Notes: a model not told the origin generated them from the sequence alone. 64,000 bases of DNA from Selaginella moellendorffii (GCF_000143415.4 NW_003314297.1:62001-126000); one strand, 5' to 3'. Counted from the first letter of the stretch, positions 41,503 to 55,932 are shown. Made by a program: numbers and translations.

Positions 41503-44500
41503 ATGGAGCAGCAGCCAGAGCTGGATCCTCGCCTCAAGGCGCTGCCGTTCAAGGTGCGCGCATCGTCGCGCGAATCGGCGTCGCAGAAGGCGGCGTATGT
41601 CCTCGATCCAGATCTCCGGACGCATTGGTCGACTGGGACGAATGCTAAGGAGTGGATCATTCTCGAGCTGGAGGTCAGTGTCGCGAGTAGTGAGTCCTTT
41701 GAGCTTCTATAGTGAAGATTTTGCGCAGGAGGCGTGTCTATTGTCTCACATTCGCGCGCACAACAAATCGGTGCTGGAATGGGAGATTGCCGCCGGGCTC
41801 AAGTTTAAGGTGTGGCATTGTTATCTCTTTCTCTGTATTTTTAAGCTCGGTTTGTGTGATTTCTCAGCCGGAAAGTTTTGTGAAAGTAAGGCCACGCTGT
41901 GAAGCTCCCAGGCGAGACATGACGTACTATGCGGGCTACACACCATGCCGATTCATTCGGATTTCTTGTCTTCGTGGAAACCCGATCGCCATTTTCTACG
42001 TCCAGGTCGGAACTAGTCTTTGTTTTCGTTTTCTATACTTCAACTGACATAGTGATGTTTTTCTCTTTCTTTGCAGTTGATGGGCATTCAAGTTCCTGGT
42101 CTAGAACCAGAACTCCAGCCTGTTGTTGACTACTTGCTCCCACGGATTATTTCCCACAAGCACGAGCTACATGCCGTCTACCTTAAGGTATGAGTGAGTT
42201 ATCATTTTTTCTGTGTAGAAGTTAACATGGAGCTGCAGCTTCTCCAAGACATTGCGAGCCGGCTATCGCCGTTCTTGATTCAGCTCGAGGTGAGAATAGT
42301 TCCATTTCAGCTGTTTCTCTGATGCTCATTCTGTAGAGCGACTTGGCGGTTAGCAGTGAAGCTATGGAATCAACTGTTAAGCTCCTGGCGATGCTTGTAG
42401 GTCCATTCTATCCAATTCTAGCGTCAGCTGGTGGAAGGTTAGATTCTTTAATAAGGCTAATACTGCGTTTTCACGCACTGTAGTCATACAGGGAAGCCGA
42501 GAAGACTGGTATAGATGAAACAGCTCGAACTCAAACTTCCGTATTTTCGGTCTCTTCGAATTTTCAGGTTGCATGCCGTAAGCTTTACATTCTCGTAGTT
42601 TATATGTTTCTCTCTTGTCTCAGGCACCTCCAAAACGAGGAAAGGGCTCTGGAGTTTCCCAGAAACCCGTGGGTCTACTTTTGGCCTATAGATTTGATGT
42701 CATTCTGTTGCTCTTGAAGGTGGCCAATAAAAACAGTGCTCTTTCAAGGATTTGTAAAAAGGTTTGAGTTCTCTCCGTTTGTTCCTCTAACAAAAGATAA
42801 TTTCCTTTCCAGGTTGCTGTAATATATACGAAGCTAGCGGGTACAATTACTCACGACGCTGACTCGCTTGAAGCGCCCGTTTCTGATGCTTCAGCTGCTG
42901 CTGGTTCTGATTATTCGGAGATTTTTGGAGAAGAGTACAGAATTGTTGAAGAAACAACTGACATAACGAATGCTGGAATATTAGAAATCTCGTTGATTGA
43001 AGAGGGTCTTTTGCACGTTCTTTACTGCTTAGCTTCCCAGGTAACTCTCTTTTTTTCTCGGATTTTGAATAATTATGATTGGTGTATGTTGTAGCCTGTA
43101 CTTTGTAGAAGGCTAGCCGATTCGGAAGCCGACTTGGTGCCAGTATTGCCGTTCGTTCAGGCTACTGTTGGAGGTGCTGGTCCTAATTTTGTTCCTAGTT
43201 ACTTGTAGTTTTAATATTTCATTATCATCTTCTCTTTCAGCAATCCGTCCTTCTTCCACCTTGCTAACAGGCGCTGAAATAATTGATGAAACATTTTGGC
43301 CGTGGCAAGTTCCTCAAGTTCATGGCGTTGTGTCACACGTAAGAAATATCTTTCTTTTTATGTTTCTCATGCAAGCGGATTCTTTCAGGTGGTATCTTTG
43401 TCGATCTCGTTGGCGTATCGCCCACTTCTGGACGCTTGTTCCGGATACCTTGCATCATTTTCTGCGGCGCATGTATGATAAACTTTTTTTTCGCTTTAAT
43501 CGTACTTATCAGAACTTGTGATTTTCTCTAAAGGAGAAAGCGGCCTGTTTGCTGATCGACTTATGTACCGGCCCTCTTTCAGCGTGGTTATCCATGGTTA
43601 TTTGCAAGGTCAGATGCTTCTTGTAAGTTTTTCTTTCGTTTTTGTATTTCTGGTTTTGTACCTGGGATTCAACGATTTTCATTAGTGCAGGTGGATTTGG
43701 CTATCGAGCTCCTTGAAGATGTAGCCGGCGTCATTCAGGTATAATAATCTCATCAGCTCTATTTCGTCTGAAATTATTTGCTGCAGGCTGGCCATAAAAG
43801 TGTGAACAAAGCGCGTGCAGCTTTGCTCTACGTAATGCTGGGACTTTCTGGTTATGTGGACGAACTACTAGAGCAGTACAAGGTGAAGCACTTGTCTCAT
43901 TCACTCTTGTGACGCTATTTTCTTATCTCTAGGACGTGAAAACCAACATTTTGTTTCTTATCGAGATTTTAGAACCTTATCTGATGCCAGCATTGACATT
44001 TACCGAAAGTACAATTACATTTGGCGATATGTCTACAATGCTATATGAAAAGCGAGACCAAAATTGCGCCTTGGCACTTGATTTTATCTGCGCCGCGGTC
44101 AAAAGGTTCTCAGTTCTGCCTGCTTTAGAAGTGGAATGGCGACAAGGACGTATAGCACCAAGGTACTTTTTTCTTCGTTGTTTCTTTCTGATGTAGCTTC
44201 TTTCAACGGCAGTGTATTGCTTTCTATTCTTGCTCCACACTTGGCAATTCCTACTGGTTTACCGAGTCAGGATGATAATACCGTCGCTGATTATAAGTTT
44301 GGAGTTGTTGGCGAGGGAAACGATAGTATCGCTGCTGCTGATGAGTCAAACTTATTCTTCATTTCTCCAGAACTTAAGGGGATGATGTTGGCTGCTGACC
44401 GGAAAGCAGTGGATTCGGATGGAACAGCAACGATTGTAGCCGATGAAAAATCTCCACTGGATCAAAGGGCCGTAGATCAGTATTTTGATTTGCAGAAGGA

Positions 44501-47500
44501 CTATCTGCAATTGATAAGCCAGGCGGAACGTGAGTTACAAGCGTCCGAGTTTATCCGTTTTGCGGTCGAGCTGCACTCTCAAACAGAACAAAGTCCCGAA
44601 AGTCACCAGGCTGCGATCGATTCCTTACTTCTAGCTGCGGAGTGCCATCTGAATCCCGTTTTCATGGATTCACGCAGCGACGATCGGCAGATACTCTCCA
44701 AGGTTGGTTCAGGGAAGGACTTGGCAGCGGCAGAATCCATTATCGAATTGGAGGAAGAAAGAGACAAGGCTGTTCTGAGGATTCTCTTGCAAGCGTCAAA
44801 ATGGGACTGCGACCTGGCACAAAGCGTGGGAGACGTTGGCAGTGCCGAGTTTTCCAACAGTCTATCGGTGGATGCCGAAGACGAGAGACTCCAAGATGCC
44901 GCCACTATTGTCCGCCAGCACCAAAGTCAGCTATGCATGTTCTTCGTTCGGCAGCTCCAGAGGGACATGCACAACTTGTACGACGTTTTACTACAGGGCC
45001 TCCTGTTCGTTTTGGAGACGAGCACTGGGCCGCTGGTGCCGCCTGGGGATCTAGTTGGGGTTATTCTCAAAAGTGCGGAGCGGCTTAACAAGTCAGTGGT
45101 TTTGGAGCACACCCGCGCAAAAGATGGATACTCACAGCGACGCATAGCTAATGCTTTTGCGATACGACGCCAGTGGGCTTTGCTCAGCCGGATGGTCTAT
45201 GTCGCTGCTGGAAGGCCTTTCAGAGGGAGCGATATTTTCGACGGGGGATCAGCACACAAGGAGCTGGTTCCAGCCTCTTCGTGGCTTCAAGAAATACCGA
45301 GGTTTGCCTTGTCAACTTTTCCTCTTGTTCGCTACATCGGCTGGATGTCGTTATCGATCTACGCTCAGACATATCAAGAAGCCGGTCTTCTTCTGGCTTC
45401 GTCACTTGAACAGCTTACTGGCGCCCTTCTCATTTTCTCCGACGAGCTCACGGCCTTTGGTCCCGCCAACCGATCATCAAGTAATGAAACTTCTGAGGAG
45501 TTTGATGCGCAGATTAAAGCACCGGGTGCAATGGCAAAGCTTGATATCGTGAACTCTATCGACACTCAAGAGTCGGCTGCTTCGGTACTCTATCCAGAGT
45601 TCGACTCATTCTTTCCCAAGATGAGAACACATTTCCAAAGATACGCGGACATACTACTGGAATCAGTTCGCTCTCAAATCAAGTCTCTTGCTCCTGCTAG
45701 TGTACCCGATCTGCTGGGATGGTTTGCGGAGGTCTGTTCAGATCCGTTTCCTCAACACAAGGATGGTAGCAGTTACTCCGTGAAAGGATTTGCGGCAGCC
45801 AACGTGAAACGCATTGTTCTCCAGCTGCTAGAGGTTATTGTGCTAGAGCATATGGAGGCCATCGTACCAGAGATGCCAAGAGTCATCCGTATGCTCCTCA
45901 AGCTGTGCTCGAGCTCGTACTGCGACATGTTCATGCTGGAATCCGTGATGAGCGCTTTGCAGCCGCTCGTTGCGTATGCTGCGGCAGCCGGAGGATCAAG
46001 TTATGGCGAAGAGCTTCGCGAGTCTTTCAGCGTTATATGCTTCGGTGCTTTGCTGGATGCGCTAAAGAGAGGACCTCAAGACAAGCAACAATCTGTCGAA
46101 GGACCGCTCGTAATCTACTTATGCGGCTATCTTCTTCCAGACATCTCTCCGGGTATGCGACCGGGCTTTTATTCTTCTCTTTTGAGCTGGGTGGAGTCGA
46201 CAAAATCCTGTCCTCCCGCTGCTTGTGGGAAATACGTTCTCGCCTTCGACAAGATCCTGGTAGCACTTTGCTCGCTTATGGAGAACAGCCTTGGGGACGG
46301 GGAGCTTTCAGTTTATCGTGGCATGCATTCCATGCAACCGCTGAAGCAGGCTCACCCCGACTCATCTGGTGCGGAGCAAGAAACAGACTTTGTCGAAGTT
46401 GGGAATGCCGTGACTGATGACGACGGCGTGCTGAGTGAAGGTGACAGCCTTGAAGGCAGATATGCCGAGCCGCCATCAAGCTGCAGCCCAGACTTACTGG
46501 ATGACAACGTGGAGAAGTTCCTGCAGGCACTCGGTCCCGAACTTGAGGCCGCATGGAAGCTCCATCCTAAACTTGCTGCGACGGCCGCAAGTACGAGAGC
46601 GAGATGTTTACTACTGGCAAGTTATCTCCGCCGGCGGCACCAACACGATGGTCAGCAAGATTTTTGGCACTATGCTCTGATATCCTTGACGGACTCGGTG
46701 GCTATGCTGCAAAAGGGTCACTGCTGGCAAGTCGCTGCGGCAACAATGGACTACTTCCTGGCGCTACCATCGTCACTGCACGTACACATGGTGCTTGCTG
46801 AAGTTTGCTCCATCCTGCAGTATCAGTGGTCGCGTGCTCCCAGACTGAGCTGGAGGTTATGGACTGTCAAGTGGATGCCACGGGCTCTTCAGCATGTAGG
46901 CTTGGAGATCTGGAAGCCAGCAGCATCCAGTTCGCTTGCTCCTCTTCTGGCAGCGATGCTCGAGCATCCCGAGCCAGAGCTGCGGTCAGGGGCATTGCAG
47001 CAGCTGAGGGAGCTTTTAAGGAGGAATGAGAACGTCTCAAACTTGGACGTTCAAGTCGCAAGCCAGAGATACTCGTATGATAAGTTTGTGCGCAAGCTTG
47101 TTTCTGTTACCTGGGACAAAGTCACATTCTCGGCTGCGTCGGACTCTCTTTTGGGACTTAGACAGCAAGCAATGGAGTTGCTGCTGAAGTTCATTCCTAT
47201 GGCAGAACCACATCAGCTAAAGACGTTTCTCAGCACAATCGACTCGTTGGTTCCTGGCACGACGTCCTTGCATTTTATGAGATCGGGCCCATACACGAAC
47301 CTCGCGCTATCTCTACTAGCACGGGCATGCATCTATGCCTCACCAGAGGATGTCACGTCTATTCCTGCTAAGGTTTGGAGAGTTATGGAAGAACAAACAA
47401 AAACGAAACCAGGTAAGCAACCAAGTTTGTTCTTCAAGATTTTGACACAAGTTTTCTGAATGGTACAGGAACGACGTGTATGGAAGCTGGACGACGTCTC

Positions 47501-48919
47501 TGCCAGGTCTTACTGGAGTTTAGGACCCAAGGGAATGTCGTGAAAGAGGTAGAATCTTTTTATGAAAAATTGAGAGCTCTCACAGTTTTTTACTTCCAGA
47601 ATCTAGAGCAAGCACTACTGGGTGAAGACATCAAACGTCCAAATGATCCAGGATATTTGGCTGTCAGGGACTCAGTACTAGAGGTAAGATACTTAGTTCT
47701 TTGCTTTTCTCTCACCAAATGAACACTTCTTCAGGTCTTTGCTCGCCTTTCAGTTCTGCGTGATAGCCCAGACGCGCGTGATGCAGCCGCAGCAGAAGCA
47801 GCCAAGGTAATGAAATTTTGGTCTCTCTAACAAAGATCATGCGGGATTTTATAGGAGCTGGAGGAAGTAAAACTGGAGCTGGAGATGCTGGAAGGAAAGC
47901 GTCAGCCACAAAGTTCCGCAAATGACCTCGAACAACTTAAAGAAAAAATTCTTCAAGAGTAAGCAGTAGAAAGTTCATTGTCGTAAAACTTCAGAGTGCT
48001 TGTAGGCAACGTGAAGAATCACGACAACAAGTTGCGATCAGAAGAGAGCGTCAGCGAATGGCAGAGCGGGATCGTCAGATTGCGTTGGATGAAGCGGCAC
48101 ACCGGGAGATTGTAATCCTGCAAGAACTTGATAGGTGGGCCTCTAAGAGATTTCCATGAGTCATTTATACATCTTTTGATTACAGGGAGCGAGCAGCAGA
48201 AGCTGAACGGGAGATTGAAAGGCAAAAGGCTTTGGAGAAAGAACGCGAAAAGACGAGAGAGCTGAGGCATGTAGTAGAACTGGAAATGGAGAAACGCTCA
48301 CAGGTAAACTCTTGCCAGTTTCGTTTCTTACTTACACTCGAGAACACAGAGAGACTACCAAAGAGAACTTGAGCAAGGAAGCGCGCGGAGCTCGCGGAGA
48401 GACTACAGTGCCTCGACCACCTCTGGCAGCAGGTGACTTAAAACTTCTTCTCCGCTTCTTCCCAATCCATGTATCTTCTATCCCAAATGTTAACACGCAT
48501 CTTCTAGTAGACCAAGAGATCGCGATCGCTACCGCGAGGGCGCGCGAGAAAGTAACAGCAGCTCGAGGCCGGATCGCGAGAACGCAGTGACTCCACCTCC
48601 AACGCCACCCCCAGGAGCCGCGGCAGCGTCGGTGAGCCCGACCAACGTCCATCTAGCAGCAGTGGCAACGACAACAGCATCGACTCCAGTGCTCATGACG
48701 AACAGCCGCGGCTATCCAAATCCAAACGCTCCAAGCTTCCAGCACCAGGACAGGGCCTACGAGGAGCTCCTGGGAAACGGCGGTGGCATCAGCGAGTACG
48801 GGGAGATGGTCGACGAGAGGCAAGCGAGGAACTCCTCGCGGCCTCGCATGATAATGGAGCGCGCGAGCAAAGAGAGGAGCGATGGAAGACGCGAAGGGAA
48901 ATGGGAGAGGAAGCAATAG
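41503..48919 (+). CDS. Large conserved plant protein: N-terminal galactose-binding-like domain, ARM-like body, coiled-coil C-terminus; many exons, largest ~44211-47412
   Basis: N-terminus LPFKVRASSRESASQKA..VLDPDLRTHWSTGTNAKEWIILEL...KVRPRCEAPRRD...CLRGNPIAIF and C-terminus RREGKWERK match a recalled uncharacterised land-plant family. Confidence 0.8.
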
Positions 48920-49039
48920 CAAATGATAGCAAATGCCCTCTTGAGGTATTCCATACTGGAATTTGAATTTGAAAATTTGAAATTTGAATTCTCGCGGGAA
49001 ATCTATAAGGCCGGCCTGTTTAGGGCTCACGATAAGAAT

Positions 49040-52000
49040 ATGCTATATGCTAGGGTTTTACAGAGGTCTAGTCGTGTAGGGCGTGGCTGCGCGAGCAGCG
49101 CTATGAGCGAGGCAATGGAGGCATCTGTGGAGCTCTTCTGCCGAATCGGTATCGAGGAGACCACTGCGCAGAACATTATGGTGAATCCGAAGGTCAGAAG
49201 CAGTGTCCTGGCTGTGATCAAGGAGGTAATTGCATGCGATTTCGTGTTTCTTCCAGAGATTCTCATTGTCGAAATTCAGGCTGGTGTGCAAAATGGCTGT
49301 AACAAATCGGTTGGAAACGTGCTGTACACGGTAAGCTATCGAATTTTTCCTCCTCGCTTCTGAATGGTTTGTGGCAGATTGCAACCAAGTACCCGGCAAA
49401 CCGTGCGAACGCTCTTCGTCATCGGCCAAAGTTTTTGAGCTACGTTACTTCTGGAAAGGTCTTGAGATGTTTTTGGATTTGATTCTCTGTGAGCTAAGAC
49501 GTTATGGGATGTGGCAGATTAAGAGCCATCAGTTGGATGCAGCCTTTCGCTATTTTTCTTCCGATCCAGAAGAATTCCTGGTGGAAGATTTTGAGAGAGT
49601 CTGTGGTGTCGGTGAGTTCTAGTTCCGTTAGCTTTCGGTCACTGACTTCTTTCTGGGTGAAAGGTGTGGTTGTCTCTCCAGAGGACGCGGAGCTTGCTGT
49701 CGAGAAAGTGCTGGAAAAGAACAAAGCGAAACTACTCGATGAGCGCTACAAATTTAATGGTTTGCCCTTTAGTACATTCAGTGATCTTATTCTAATCTGG
49801 AGACTTTACAGTTGGGATTCTACTGGCACAAGTCAGGGAGTTACAGCCGTTTGCGGACTTCACATATGTCAAGGTATTGCTCGGGTAGCCTGATATATGT
49901 TTTTAAAACGTGTTTGTGTTTGCTTGTAGAAAGTGATAGACAAGAAAATGCATGAACTCCTGGGTGAGAGAACTGCAGAGGACGACGTGAAAACCAAGAA
50001 GAAAAAGCCAAAGCCTGAGGTGCTTATTGTCAGTTTTTAACGCGCTTAATCTTGGTACCAATGTAGGAAGTCAAGAAGGAAGAAATTCTCCCTGTCGAGG
50101 AAGTAAGCCCCTATTCAATATTCCCAAAACCGGAAGACAATATCGGAGTTCACGTGGAAATAAGATTCAGCGACGGAACAGTACTGAACCCAGCGAATAC
50201 GAGAGCTATGCTTGAAAAGCATCTGAAGGCAACCGGTGGAAGAGTCTATACCCGTTTTCCTCCTGAACCAAATGGTTACTTACACATTGGACATGCTAAG
50301 GTAAGTGTCTTTTGTGTCATTAGTGTCTTGATTCTGTTTGGCAGGCCATGTTTGTCGATTTTGGATTTGCATGCGATGCAAATGGCTACTGCTACCTGAG
50401 GTAATCATTGAATTCCACTAGCAGGTTCTTATGTCTTTTCTACGGCAGGTTTGACGATACGAATCCAGATGCCGAAAAAGAAGAATATATTGAACACATA
50501 AAAGAGATTGTAGAGTGGATGGGTTGGAAACCGTTCAAGGTCTTTAAACATTTAATTCCTGATAGGAGTTTTTAACGTCGGTTCTTGCAGATTACCTACA
50601 GTAGTGATTACTTTCAGGAGCTTTACGAGCTTGCTGTAGAGCTGATAAAATCTGGTCACGCCTATGTTGATCATCAGGTAAGAAATATGGCGCGCTTTAT
50701 TTAACTGATTGTTTCTATAGACGGCAGATGAGATAAAAGAATACCGTGAAAACTTCAAGGAAAGCCCATGGAGGAACCGGCCTGTAGAAGAATCTCTGGA
50801 TCTTTTCGAAAAGATGAAGGCTGGGTTGATTGAGGAAGGGCAAGCTACACTGCGAATGAAGCAAGATATGAAAAACGAGAACTACAATATGCTGGACCTT
50901 ATTGCTTATCGAGTAAAGGTACAGGCATGCTGTTTATGTTTTATTTCTGAAATAGTCACTTACAGAAAGCATCACACCCTCGCACAAAAGACAAATGGTG
51001 CATTTATCCAAGCTACGACTTTACACACTGCATCGTCGATTCATTGGAAAATATATCCCATTCGGTACGTAGAGAATGTTTTTTTTGTTTTGTTTGTTCT
51101 GAATTGGTTCTTTTGTTTGTAGCTGTGTACTTTGGAGTTTGAGTCCCGCAGGGTATCGTATTACTGGCTGCTAGACAGATTGAATCTATATCTACCGTAT
51201 GTATGGGAATATTCACGGCTGAACATGACGAATAATGTGCTGTCTAAGCGGAAGGTAATTTTTTTTCCCTACTGTGCGCGCTTTGACCTCCTCATCCTTG
51301 CAGCTAAACCGATTAGTAACAGAAAAATATGTGGATGGATGGGACGATCCTCGGCTTTTGACATTGGCTGGTTTACGTCGACGAGGAATGCCGGCTACTG
51401 CTATCAATGCTTTCTGTCGGTCTATAGGCATCACGAGGAGGTAGATTGATGTAAACTTCTCGAAGGTTTTAACGCTTCGTATTTCCAGTGACAATCTTAT
51501 AAGAATGGATAAGTTGGAACATTTTGTTCGGGATGAATTGAACAAAACTGCTCCAAGAACTATGGTGGTTCTCCATCCACTGAAGGTACGAGTAAAAACT
51601 TCGTGAGGTTAGAGTCACTTTATTTCCTCCTTAGGTTGTTATTGAGAATCTGGAAGCTACTGAAGAAGTGGAAGGCAAGAGGCTGCCCGATGACCCGTCG
51701 GCTACGTACAAGGTTTTCTGTGGATTGATTCCTTGATGGTTTTTTATTTTTTTCCTTTGCATGTTGTAGATGCCATTTACAAGAGTTGTATATATTGAGC
51801 GCTCCGACTTTCGGACGAAGGATTCCAAGGATTTCTACGGGCTAGCCAAAGGAAAATCAGCCTTGTTGAGGTACGCTTTCTTGAAGTTGGAACAATCACC
51901 TTAGAGCATTCGAGTGCAGATATGCGTACCCCATCACGTGTGTCGACTATGTGTGCGATAAGGATGGCGAAGTCATTGAAATAAGAGCCACGTACGACGC

Positions 52001-52495
52001 CAAGAAAAGCATCAAGCCCAAGGTCTACTCTGTGCACTAAATCTTGTGCTTACTAATCGTTTTATATGTTCCTTGGCAGGGCGTTCTCCACTGGGTTCCC
52101 GAACCTGCTGAAGGAGCGCGCCCTCTCGAAGTTGAAGTGAGACTCTTCGACAGATTGTTCCTGTCAGAGGTATGAGAACGTGTTAAAGCGGTGATAACTC
52201 TCTAGTTTGATCATGGCTGTGTAGGATCCTGCGGAACTCAAAGACACTTGGCTAGAGGACCTCAATCCCCATTCAAAGCAAGTCATACACGGGGCATTCG
52301 CTTTGGATAATCTGCGGACGGCGAAGCCGGGGGATAGGTTCCAGTTCGAGCGAACAGGTACTTAACTTCCTTTGGCTCAAATCGTCAAATCGTGACAATT
52401 CGGATTATGCAGGATATTTTTGCGTTGATCCCGACTCCTCGGCGGAGAAACTAGTTTTCAATCGTACAGTTACACTGAAAACATCGTATCCATAG
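49040..52495 (+). CDS. GlnRS: Glutaminyl-tRNA synthetase (eukaryotic cytosolic type), ~20 exons; in-frame ATGs at 49040, 49103 and 49115
   Basis: [65 protein letters not shown] and FNRTVTLK. Confidence 0.93.
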
Positions 52496-52639
52496 CCATT
52501 ATAAGTTGATCAAATTGTTATCTCGTGCTAAGTCCATGTTGCAAAGAATATACAGAACAGAGAGAGAGTCCCTATCTACATGCATTATTCCGTCCCTCAA
52601 AAGATTGTTTGGACATCCTTTATCATTTCTATCTTGGCA

Positions 52640-53738
52640 ATTGCTTCATCAAAGTTTGGAGCCCTCCCATTCCACTAAATTGCTTCACCATGTTTGCCAG
52701 CAGCATCTTACTCTTTCTGCCCCTTTCTTGTTGAGCTTCAGGCCTTTCATCTGTTTGGACATTGTTTTTACATTATCAACGCTAGTCCCCGAGCCCTTAG
52801 CGATTCAGAGTATACGAGATCCCAACAAACTCATTCTGCAATTCAATACCTTAGTTTTGCATTCAAATCAAAGCCAGAGTTTGAGAGTCAGCTTCGTTTC
52901 TCGTAGAGTTTTCTTAACTGTTGAGTGTCAAAACTATGCACATTTACGTTGTTGAATCCTGGAATCATGGACATGAGCTGCGCACACAATCAGAAAAAAT
53001 AGTGGTTCTCGAGATAGTAAGATCCTTAGAGATCCCATGCTAGTAATGTTCTCGATTTGATCGCACAAGAATTTAAAACTGATGTTTCCATCCACCAAGT
53101 TTACACCAACTCTGGCTGCAATTCACTTGGAACAACCTCTTTGATTTTCTCAGCAAAACCAGCTATATCTCCCATGTCTGGAGAGACATGTGGAGTCGAA
53201 TCAGAAGTTACCGACAAAAGCTTTTTCTCTACTGGAAAACCAAAACCTTGGCAATTGTCAAGGTTTAAAGGAATAGTTACGCACTAAGAGCTCCGCCACC
53301 TTTTGCATGGCCATCCATCTTGGTGATTATAACAGCACCGACCTTAGCGCTCTCTATAAAGGCCAGTGTTTGATCATTCGCAGCTTGCCATATGCTGCTA
53401 TCCATGACGAAAATGATCAAATCGGGGTTCTGTAAAGTTCGAGAGCAAATGCTAAGTATCCTCAAGAAAAAGACTCTAGCAGCGGCAAGCTCCTCATTCT
53501 CTTGTTTGTGTCTTCCACTTGTGTCAAGAATGATCAAATCGTGCTTCGCATCGGCGAACTTCCTGACGCCCTCTTGGGCAATCACCACCGGGTCTATCTC
53601 CGAGGGGATCTTCACCTTCGTGGCGTTCTGCTTTAGCGGATCGAATGCTCCAGCCCGGACGGTGTCCGCACAGGCTCTTCCCACACCCACGATCATGACG
53701 ACGTGGTTCTTCCGGCCGGAGTTCATGGAAAACAGCAC
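52640..53738 (-). pseudogene. SRP54: Cytosolic SRP54 pseudogene
   Basis: [52 protein letters not shown] and LMSMIPGF remnants. The P-loop is deleted and there are stops and frameshifts. Confidence 0.85.
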
Positions 53739-54049
53739 ACGATATTAGATTAGATTAGATTAGGAATGCAATTAAATACTAAATCAAAAGGACAAAAAAG
53801 CCCTAAAAGGGCATGTGGCGATCATCCTGCATTATAGATCGACCGAGGCGCTGGATGATAGCATTCTTCCCTCCGATTGAAATGCACGGCCCTCCAGTGG
53901 AATGCGAAAGAAATAAAGCATTTGGTCGCCCTCCGGAAGTTCTTGCGAGTTCTCTATTTTTAAAACGCATTCATCCTATTCTATTCTTGTTTTTCTTTGG
54001 TTCTGGGTGCTAATTTCAAGTCTTTGGTTCTTGTATAGCTTGGAACCAA

Positions 54050-55474
54050 AAAAAAAAGGAAGATGAGAGCTCTGCTATCATCGTCAGTAGCAGCAACTTT
54101 TCTCATCAACCTGGGCCTCACCTCCGGCGATGGCGCACCCAAACAAACAGGTGGCGGCCATGACGAAGAAGGTTTCGCTGTAGCACTTGGCACCGTGGCA
54201 CAAGAGCCCGGTCTCCAGCGTGTCAGGGCCCCGATATCTCCTGGCTTGTCGATCGTAGAACACACCCGCAACTTCCACCGACAGGACGAACGTCCCAATC
54301 CCCTTTGCGATGTTTGGGAAGCTCTGGAGAACTCCATAGTGTTTGAGCCCGAAGATCTCCGCGATGATGGTCGATAGCAACCGCCCACTGTCCTCCGGTG
54401 GCGAGGCCGATGATGATGGAGCCGATGTACAGCGCACCGGGAAGGCCCAAGGCGATGAGCAAGTTGCCGAGCACTAGAAAGCCAACCACAGCAGCGAAGA
54501 CGAACGGCCGTCCAATGCCAAACTTGTGAGGAATATCTCGGACACGAAGCCGCAGCCGACTGCTCCCAGGAAGTCCCAGATGTTGAGGAGAGCCACGAAG
54601 ATGTTCATCCTCGCGGTGGAGTCGCTCAGCTGGCCCAAGTTGCTGTAGAAGGTAGACACGGTTCCCAGGCCGCAGGAAGTTGCGATCACCATGAGCCACG
54701 TGTCGATGCTCAGCAAGGCGTGGACCAGCCTGTAGTCCTTCCCTCTCACCGGAACTTGGAACCATCTGTAGATGCAAGCGCTGGAAGCTTGAGAAGGAGA
54801 ATGTCGACGACTTGCAGAGCACTACGGGTGGAATTCATATCCGCGATCTGAGTTTCAGACTTGTCAGTTGGCGGTGGTGTCTGGATGCTTTCAAGTTGAT
54901 CGACAGACTCTCGTGGTGTCTGGATGCTTCGGAGTTGATCGACAACACCAGCACCGTTCGAATGTGATCAAAGCTCAGCTTGGACAACCAGAACAACCAG
55001 AAGTAGTACGATGACCAACATCGAGGCTGGAAGCCTGCTCGGTATGCTCCCCTCAATGACTGTGACGACGATGAGATAGGCCCTTAAGGCAAAGGTGGGG
55101 TAGAGGAACGAGCTGAGAATGGACTTGTCGCTGGACTTCTCGACGACAGGCCCAGGCCCGAGGAAGAGGCCAAGCAGTAGATACAGGAACGTTGGTAGAA
55201 GCCCAAGGAGGAGCAGAAAGGAGCTGACATGGAACTGGAAGAAAGTCTGGAACACAACCGCGAATGGCCAGGAAAACCATGCTGGTACCGAGATCCTTGA
55301 AGAAGCTGATGGTATTGACGGACTCTTGCTTGTAACACAGGGAGATTTTGAGCGCCTGCGAGAACAAGCTGAAGCTGGGCCTCCGGTGCATGCTATCAGG
55401 TAGAAGCCCGACACTGCGATGACCCAGCGATTGCTGGCGATGGAGAAGAGCTCCCTCGCCATTGCTAGAGCCAT
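54050..55474 (-). pseudogene. Nodulin-like/NFD4-type MFS transporter (copy 2, longest; frameshifted, internal deletions)
   Basis: DYRLVHALLSIDTWL...CGLGT...SNLGQL...IFVALLNIWDFLG, LYIGSIIIG, IIAEIFGLKHYG and C.GAKCYSETF are spread over several frames. Confidence 0.82.
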
Positions 55475-55932
55475 TGCCGACTTTGCAGGTAATAATCGTT
55501 TCTTATGCCTTTGTCTTGTTCGTATTGCAGTCCATGTGACGCCCCGACTGCAGCCGTCGCTTGCGTGGACGATCTTTTCGTTTCTCAGTGCACACTAGAA
55601 AACGTGACAATTGCGAAGGTTCATGGATTTTTCTGGTGGGTCAACTAAGTTGAGCTTTGACGCTTGATGTGGATCCGAGGCAGGCCACATGTGGACGCTG
55701 GTCAGATCACGGATACGGAAAAGTCCACAAAATGGTCTTGAGCGGGGGCGGATCCGGAATCGGCACAATGGTAACGTTCTTAGCATCTTCGTGCTGCCCA
55801 CTTGAAAATCTTATTTTTTGCAACTATATAAACAGAGCACTGGGTGGACACTGATATCCGCATCTCAAAGTTGAGAAAGCCTAGCATCCAAGCATATTTC
55901 GATTTCCATCTTTGAAGCTTTCTTTCCCATCC

